DNA from: Saccostrea cucullata
Taxonomy: Eukaryota
Direction of reading: 5' to 3'
Assembly: GCF_032062105.1 (NCBI RefSeq)
Contig: NW_026929981.1
Span: forward strand, 496,001 to 560,000
DNA length: 64,000 nucleotides
This document shows positions 58,101 to 64,000 of the stretch, piece after piece; positions within the stretch are counted from its first letter, which is position 1, and each line of letters opens with the position of its first letter. The notes under the pieces are model-generated. The model was given only the letters and a program-made list of their open reading frames with translations, was not told the DNA's origin and did no database searches. Made by a program: the position numbers and the translations under genes.

Positions 58101-59759
58101 CTTTTTCTTCCTCAGTTTGTGAAGCAAGATTCAGGGCGACCAGATTTCGGTTCAGGTACACCACTTACAGCTCGTATGGGAGTTATGGATCCTCGTCCAG
58201 GTAAGATACATATGTATACAGGAACATCTAACTTAAACGGTAGATCCTGAGAACCAAATTACAAAAAATTATACCGAGAGTTGAAAGCATAAACCTTGAC
58301 TCAAAGACAATATTGCAAATTTCGAGTGATAATTAAATATATATCCATTTTATTTCAATTTATTGAAGCTAATAATTTGATATTTCTTTTTTTTAGTTTG
58401 GGTGCAGGAGCGATTGCTGGCATTGTTTCCGGATCTATCGTATTTACTATCATATTAATTTGTATCATCGTATGCTGCTGTAGTCGAAGTAAAGAGGGAG
58501 CGAACAAAGGGGTTGTTCTACAGTATAACCCCGCAAACAAGCAACAGATCGTCACATGTAAGTGTACACAAATACTGCTTAATCAAATATTTTCTTGGGG
58601 TCAAATTTTCGAGGTTTTGAGGATAAAATATTGGTTTGTTGGGATTTGATTTCGTGGTTGGAAAATGTTTAGTACATGTAGTAATGCACATGACATTTTA
58701 CATGTCGTTGGTGGTCATAAATTTGTGCGTCTCTCCATACTTCCAAAACAACTAAAAATTAAACCCTATGAGAATTAGTAATTTCACATTGATTTTAAAA
58801 AATGCTTGCTTTGACTACCAATCCTTTGTGCAATTTCACATGATGTCAACAACAAAATAAATAATTTCTTGCATAATGTAAAAAATAAAACTTTTTTGTA
58901 CTTGGCATTTGCGTTTAGAAGGGTTTGAAAGTGAAAAGTTGAAAGTGTGTATAGGAGAAGAGTTAGACTTGAGCAAGACTTGTACTTCACAACTTGCAAA
59001 TTGATATGATGGTTGAAAAGTGGTAATCATTGTTACAACGTTTTAGCTTGTGTCATTCAATCATGTTCGAACAGACCTGAGGATAAAACAAATATTGGTA
59101 ACATGTCAACTTCAAAATTGGTTAAAAAGAATTGAAATATAGTATTTTATTTTACTTCATATTTTTTACTTCATAGGCTGTGATTACTACATGTATGACT
59201 TAATTCCACATTGCATTTAAAATGATGGCTAATGAACAAACATATATTCTACAGATAACTTTAAGGAATCAGAGAAACCTATTATGAAATAATTTTGCAT
59301 TACTAATTGAAAATGTCAACACATCGACCTTAAAAAGAACATATGCATTGAATAAAAAGATAGAATAAATAGAAATAAGTATCCAGTGACCGATCATATT
59401 TAACCATACGCAATTTTAGCATTGTTGATTTACTGTGTTGATATATGCTTTTCAATTTTACAGCAAATTCTATGGCTGGAGTTACCTACCCTTCAAAGGC
59501 ATCAGCAAATATGGCTACTCCTGGAGTTAACTTCCCTTCACAGGCTTATCCACAAGGCGCTCAGTATAATACTGCATTTCAGTATGGAATACAAGACCCT
59601 AAACAGAGATATGATACATACTCTGGACAACAGTTTGACAATGCTCCACCATCATACAAATCTACAAACGGCCATAACAGAAGTGCTGTGTCTCCCTACC
59701 AAACACAAGGGAAAATGTTAGTATCGAACATAAAGATGCCTTCCCAACAAAAAGAATGA
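55119..59759 (+). CDS. Single-pass Tyr/Arg-rich/PPxY membrane protein paralog B, 201 aa
   Basis: Exons 55119-55182, 58116-58200, 58397-58557 and 59464-59759 total 606 nt: MTLNNSSYILSICWICLFLAEVCEA-RFRATRFRFRYTTYSSYGSYGSSSS-LGAGAIAGIVSGSIVFTIILICIIVCCCSRSK..-..NAPPSYK..*. Confidence 0.8.
56268..56667. mobile_element. hAT-like MITE
   Basis: TAGGGCT..-..CAGCCCTA termini with repeated TATTGCGATAT/ATATCGATAT subterminal motifs. Confidence 0.6.
56816..57937 (+). mobile_element. Helentron/HINE-like element with internal tandem repeats (3' end also at about 918-1014)
   Basis: TTTTAGGTCACCTGA..TCAGGTGACCTA head, CGTC repeats, repeated CAAAATTGTGAA.TT.ATGGCC..AGGGTCAG units, GGCCCATGCGCCTCTTGTT end. 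Confidence 0.8.
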
Positions 59760-60249
59760 CAAATTTGAAATACTTAATGATTTTAATTCTATTCAAAAGA
59801 ATTATGTGTGTGATTCATAATTTAATTTTGCCATGTATACATTTGTGATTGTGAAAATCATATTCCTTTGTCATTATTTTAAACGTACATCCATGCAAAT
59901 CATTTGTAACAAGTTGTATTTTGTGTTATTCTTAAACACAAATAATTGTTGTACGTTTTAAATGAATAAACAATAATGAGATATACATATTTATGGCATG
60001 TGAAATGAATATTTTTATATGTATAGATGGCTTGTCAACTTAATGTAAGTACCATGGAAGTCTATAGACAAGTGTGAAATAAAGATTTTTATTTTAAAAT
60101 GTGCATACCTTTTCATCAATTAATTTTTATGTTAAACGCGAAGAACCCATAAAAAGGGAAATTTTTCTAATTATGATTGGTTGCACTGCCCTATAAAATT
60201 TAATGATATTTCTGAAAGAAGAAACAAGGAATGGTATTTGCATGGATGT

Positions 60250-60738
60250 GTTCCCATTTCGCCTTAACTATGAAATATCCGGTACATGTAAGAAAAGACT
60301 AAAATATACTAAGGCGAAACTGGAATTTTCTTATGATACAGTACTAGTTGTATAAACAAAACTTGTTAATTGACCAGATGTTTTTGTACTCACGAGTTTA
60401 TTACTCAGTTCAAAAAATTATAGATTTAAGAATGAAAATTTTAGTGGTAAAAAACGAAATATTTGAAAATCTTGTTTTTCTTTTCTTTTTTTCGTTTGTA
60501 TAATCTGTAGAAAAAATAAGAAAAACTTAGCATTTACACAGTGAATGAATTAATACATGTTATACTAGGTATTCAAATAAAAATAAAAATATTTTATGCT
60601 AAATATGTACTAGTATACAAACAATTTTTTAGACTTGAACAGGTGTTTATATAAGTTTCCATCTCGCCTTCATCCACCTGAAAGCTTGCTAAGGCGAAAT
60701 GGGAATGCTAAATTTTACAGTTAAGGCGAAATGGGAAC
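60250..60738. mobile_element. MITE-like inverted-repeat element
   Basis: GTTCCCATTTCGCCTTAACT / AGTTAAGGCGAAATGGGAAC, with internal repeats of the same motif. Confidence 0.7.
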
Positions 60739-61055
60739 AAACCTTTACATATAGGTGTCTCAAACATGAGAACGACCCATTCATCTTGTATGTTTTTGGA
60801 AATAATTTCTCTTTTTTTTTTAAATCTCACTAAATGTTAAGTTTAGAGATACTTGATATATTGTATATACTAAATTATCAACGTTAACTGTATATACTAC
60901 CATTTAATTTCTAGGTGTTTTTTTTTTTGGATATAAAACATATAAAACTTAAGTTTATCACTTTTTTGAAAAGTTGTAAAAGTTTCAAATCGATAATAGA
61001 TTTCATAGTTATGAACAAATCATTCTTTATTCACGATTTTAATGTTTCTGAGACG

Positions 61056-61800
61056 TTAAGGAGGAATGCAACACCAAAATTTTATTTCATAGATCTTTAA
61101 GACTTCCCTATTAAGTTACGATTTAAGTATTGAAAGGCCGATAAAAGCTATTTTTTAATTATATATTTCTTTGATTTTTTTCATAGAAAATGAAAAATAT
61201 ATTTTATTTGCAAATAGATGCTTTAGTGTTAAAACTTTGCTGTTAATGAATGCATCATATGAATATCTAAATAAAATGTGTAAAGAAAAGCCACAGAGAC
61301 ATTTAAAGTGTTTTACAAATACAATTAATGCAAGTAAAACATTATTTGTTGATATTTTTTGAACAAAAAAAATTTCTCTCTAGAATTCAGCAATTTCATT
61401 TCAATGTATTTTAAAAATATGATTAAATAACATGTTCTCCCTAGTTGTGACTAGTTTTATGAAGATTTTGACAGTAGGTTTTAAAAATATTTCAAAATAA
61501 TCTATTTTATTTTCATAAATAATTTTTCAGTAGAAAAAATTAAAATATTTACCAAGCCTTTCTTTACATATTTTAATAAGCATTTATATCATGTATTTCC
61601 AAGTATTTACAGCAAAGGTTAAACCATAAAGCACCATATTTGTAAATAAAACATTTTTTTTCATTTTCACTGAAAAAATGCACACAAAAAAACTTATAAA
61701 ATCATTAAGAGCTAATACTGGTCTTTCAATACCGAAAACTTAGTGTAAAAGCCTGTCTTGAAGATCTATAAGATAAAATTCTGGTGTGGCATTCCTCCTT
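61056..61800. mobile_element. Long-TIR fold-back MITE, second copy, just upstream of paralog C
   Basis: TTAAGGAGGAATGCAACACCA / TGGTGTGGCATTCCTCCTT; arms similar to 51144-52080. Confidence 0.75.
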
Positions 61801-61932
61801 CAGAACAGACGCACCCATTTGTTGTGGGTTTAATATTTAGTAACACATTAACGTGTTGACAAACTTCATGCTTCAATTATTTAAACGAGAAACTACGTCT
61901 GTTTAAATTACTTCCTCGATTGAACACAGAAG

Positions 61933-64000
61933 ATGGCTCAGGACAAATCAATATCGTCAATTATTTTATGGATATTCCTAATGTTGATTGAAGGTACCTA
62001 TCAAACTCGATGTTCACATTTTCTAAATTTATTAAGCACTACGTCTTATAATTAGTACTATTTAATTGGAGTCTTCTTCCTTCCGAGAGTAATGATATTC
62101 CTTCTACAGTGGAAGTTTCTGTGTTCTTCTTTATCTAAAATTGCATTTTTTATAAGTTTATTAATATTTCAATCTATTTCATTTATCTAATAATTGATTT
62201 TTTTCTAAAAAATAAAAAATACCCATTTCCTCACATGAAAAGAAAGTACCAGCCCCCAAATTTATCTTCTATTAATAGATAAGAGACGAAGAATTCAAAA
62301 GAATTTAAACTCTATAAATAAGATTCCAAAAAGTAAATCAGTATTAAAAGAAGAAAAATTTTTTTTTGACAAATATAAGGGGAAAACACCTACAAGATAA
62401 TAACAATATCATAAAGGATATATTGCATGGCACATATACTTTTACAACGACTTTCTTCACACATACTTTTACAATGATTGTTTTGAATTTCATTCATGTT
62501 TTAAATACCTTTTCTCCATCGAAAAACTCTGTCACTACAGTGACCTATATAATGACAGAAATGTGTGTAGGAAAGGGAAATTGAAAATTTTCTACAAATG
62601 TATGTCAACCTAAATATACTGAACTGTAATGGACTTGTCTGTTTTTGTTTGATCTTTATTTTGTTTAAAATATATGATTATTGACTTAAGAATAGGGATG
62701 TAAATTTTAACTATTTGTTGAAAATATTTTAAAACTGAAAAAAAATACTTACACATGAAGGGTTGCGGTTATTCGACTTTTTCCCTCGGGAATATATAAT
62801 CTAAAAACAAATGGAAATTTTGAATCATGCATTTCTTTGTGCCTCTAATGTTTATATTTAAGATATGTGCTAAACGAATTTTTAACCGATTTAATCTCTC
62901 TAATATTAAATTTCATATTGATTATATTATAAGTAAATAAATTAAATATACATGACTAAATTGTATTATATATTTTTAAAAATAAATATGAATGAATTTG
63001 TTTTAACAGACTGTGATGGGAATTACAGATATTATAGTCCATACATGTATTCATACAAAAGCTATTATAGGTAAGTCAAATATATTTTTAAAAATCTAGA
63101 CTTTAGTTATACATTTTGAGTATATTAAAATTTTTATGAAAACGGGACTTGTGCTAAAATCATGACATCTGATAACACATAATTAGTTTGTAATGGGTAA
63201 TTTTTGAGAGTTGGTGCCATTTTCAATATCAGTATATAATAAGAACCATCAGTAAGGATGTCAATATTTGTTACAATATTGATACATAGAAATACATTGT
63301 TTATCAAACAGTAAATTGTTATTTTAAGCTCCAGTGGCGGATCAATCGCAGGAGTTATTGGGTTTTCTATCGTTATCATTTTAACCATCATTTGCTGCTG
63401 CCTCTGCTGTAAAGGAAAGAAAGAAAATGCCAACACTCGTGGTGTGATGTACTTGAATACAGGGACCCAACAACGGATTGTGACATGTAGGTTCTTGTAC
63501 TGAAAACCATTTTTTACGAATAACTTCTTACTGTATGTCTGTATATGTCTATAGTCTATACAAACGTGCAACTTGAGGATAACTGCAATTCTTTCCCGCT
63601 CAAATCTGGTAACTGAAAAGTTTTAAGTGAAAAACTAGTGTAAACAAGATGTATAAATACGAAAAATATTTTTACCTACAGGACGTACCACAAATTATGA
63701 TTCATCAAAATACTGAATTTCAGATTAAATTCTCAAGATGTAGTTATTTCAATTCTGTCACTCATAAGATCTGTTATGAAAATTAATAGCAATTCTAAGT
63801 GAAAAAATGTTCTTTATTTTTACAGCAAATACAAACTTTGGGATTCACTACCCAACACAATCCAATGCTGCAAATTCCACTGCCAGATTTCATTCCCCTA
63901 TACATCTTTCTCCATGCAATGGACATTTTAACAATGCCTTTCAATATGGAAATGGAGTGCCAAGCTACAAGCTTGGTGCGTTACCTCTGCCACCGTATAC
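61933..64000 (+). CDS. Single-pass Tyr-rich/PY membrane protein paralog C (runs off window end)
   Basis: Exons 61933-61993, 63010-63070, 63329-63486 and 63826->64000: MAQDKSISSIILWIFLMLIEDCDG-NYRYYSPYMYSYKSYYSSS-GGSIAGVIGFSIVIILTIICCCLCCKGKK..-..LPLPPY. Confidence 0.8.

Overview
AT-rich, intron-rich animal genomic DNA, most likely a bivalve such as an oyster (inferred from the HSPA12-type HSP70, Helentron/HINE-like repeats with satellite cores and Penelope-like RT remnants). No rRNA, CRISPR or functional tRNA was seen. Gene models were spliced by hand from GT-AG signals and frame continuity. In order: (1) the last three exons of an unidentified + strand gene, with the final two repeated in a tandem duplication (about 2199-9450 versus 9849-15258); (2) an RP9-like gene on the - strand that appears to lack the N-terminal zinc-knuckle half; (3) OSGEP/Kae1 (12 exons, 335 aa) with a U12-type intron inside the HCIGH metal-binding motif; (4) URI1 (9 exons, 412 aa); (5) HSPA12-like HSP70 (4 exons, 576 aa, - strand); (6) a CRAL-TRIO gene (- strand) whose first coding exon has no visible donor; (7) a tandem family of three small single-pass membrane protein genes sharing one 4-exon plan: signal peptide, very short divergent Tyr/Ser/Arg-rich ectodomain, TM helix with Cys cluster, and PPxY-rich tail. 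This family is the most novel-looking system here. One paralog has a tRNA-carrying transposon in its signal-peptide exon. Introns and intergenic DNA are dense with MITEs, Helentron-like elements, satellites, a Tc1/mariner relic and Penelope-like remnants.
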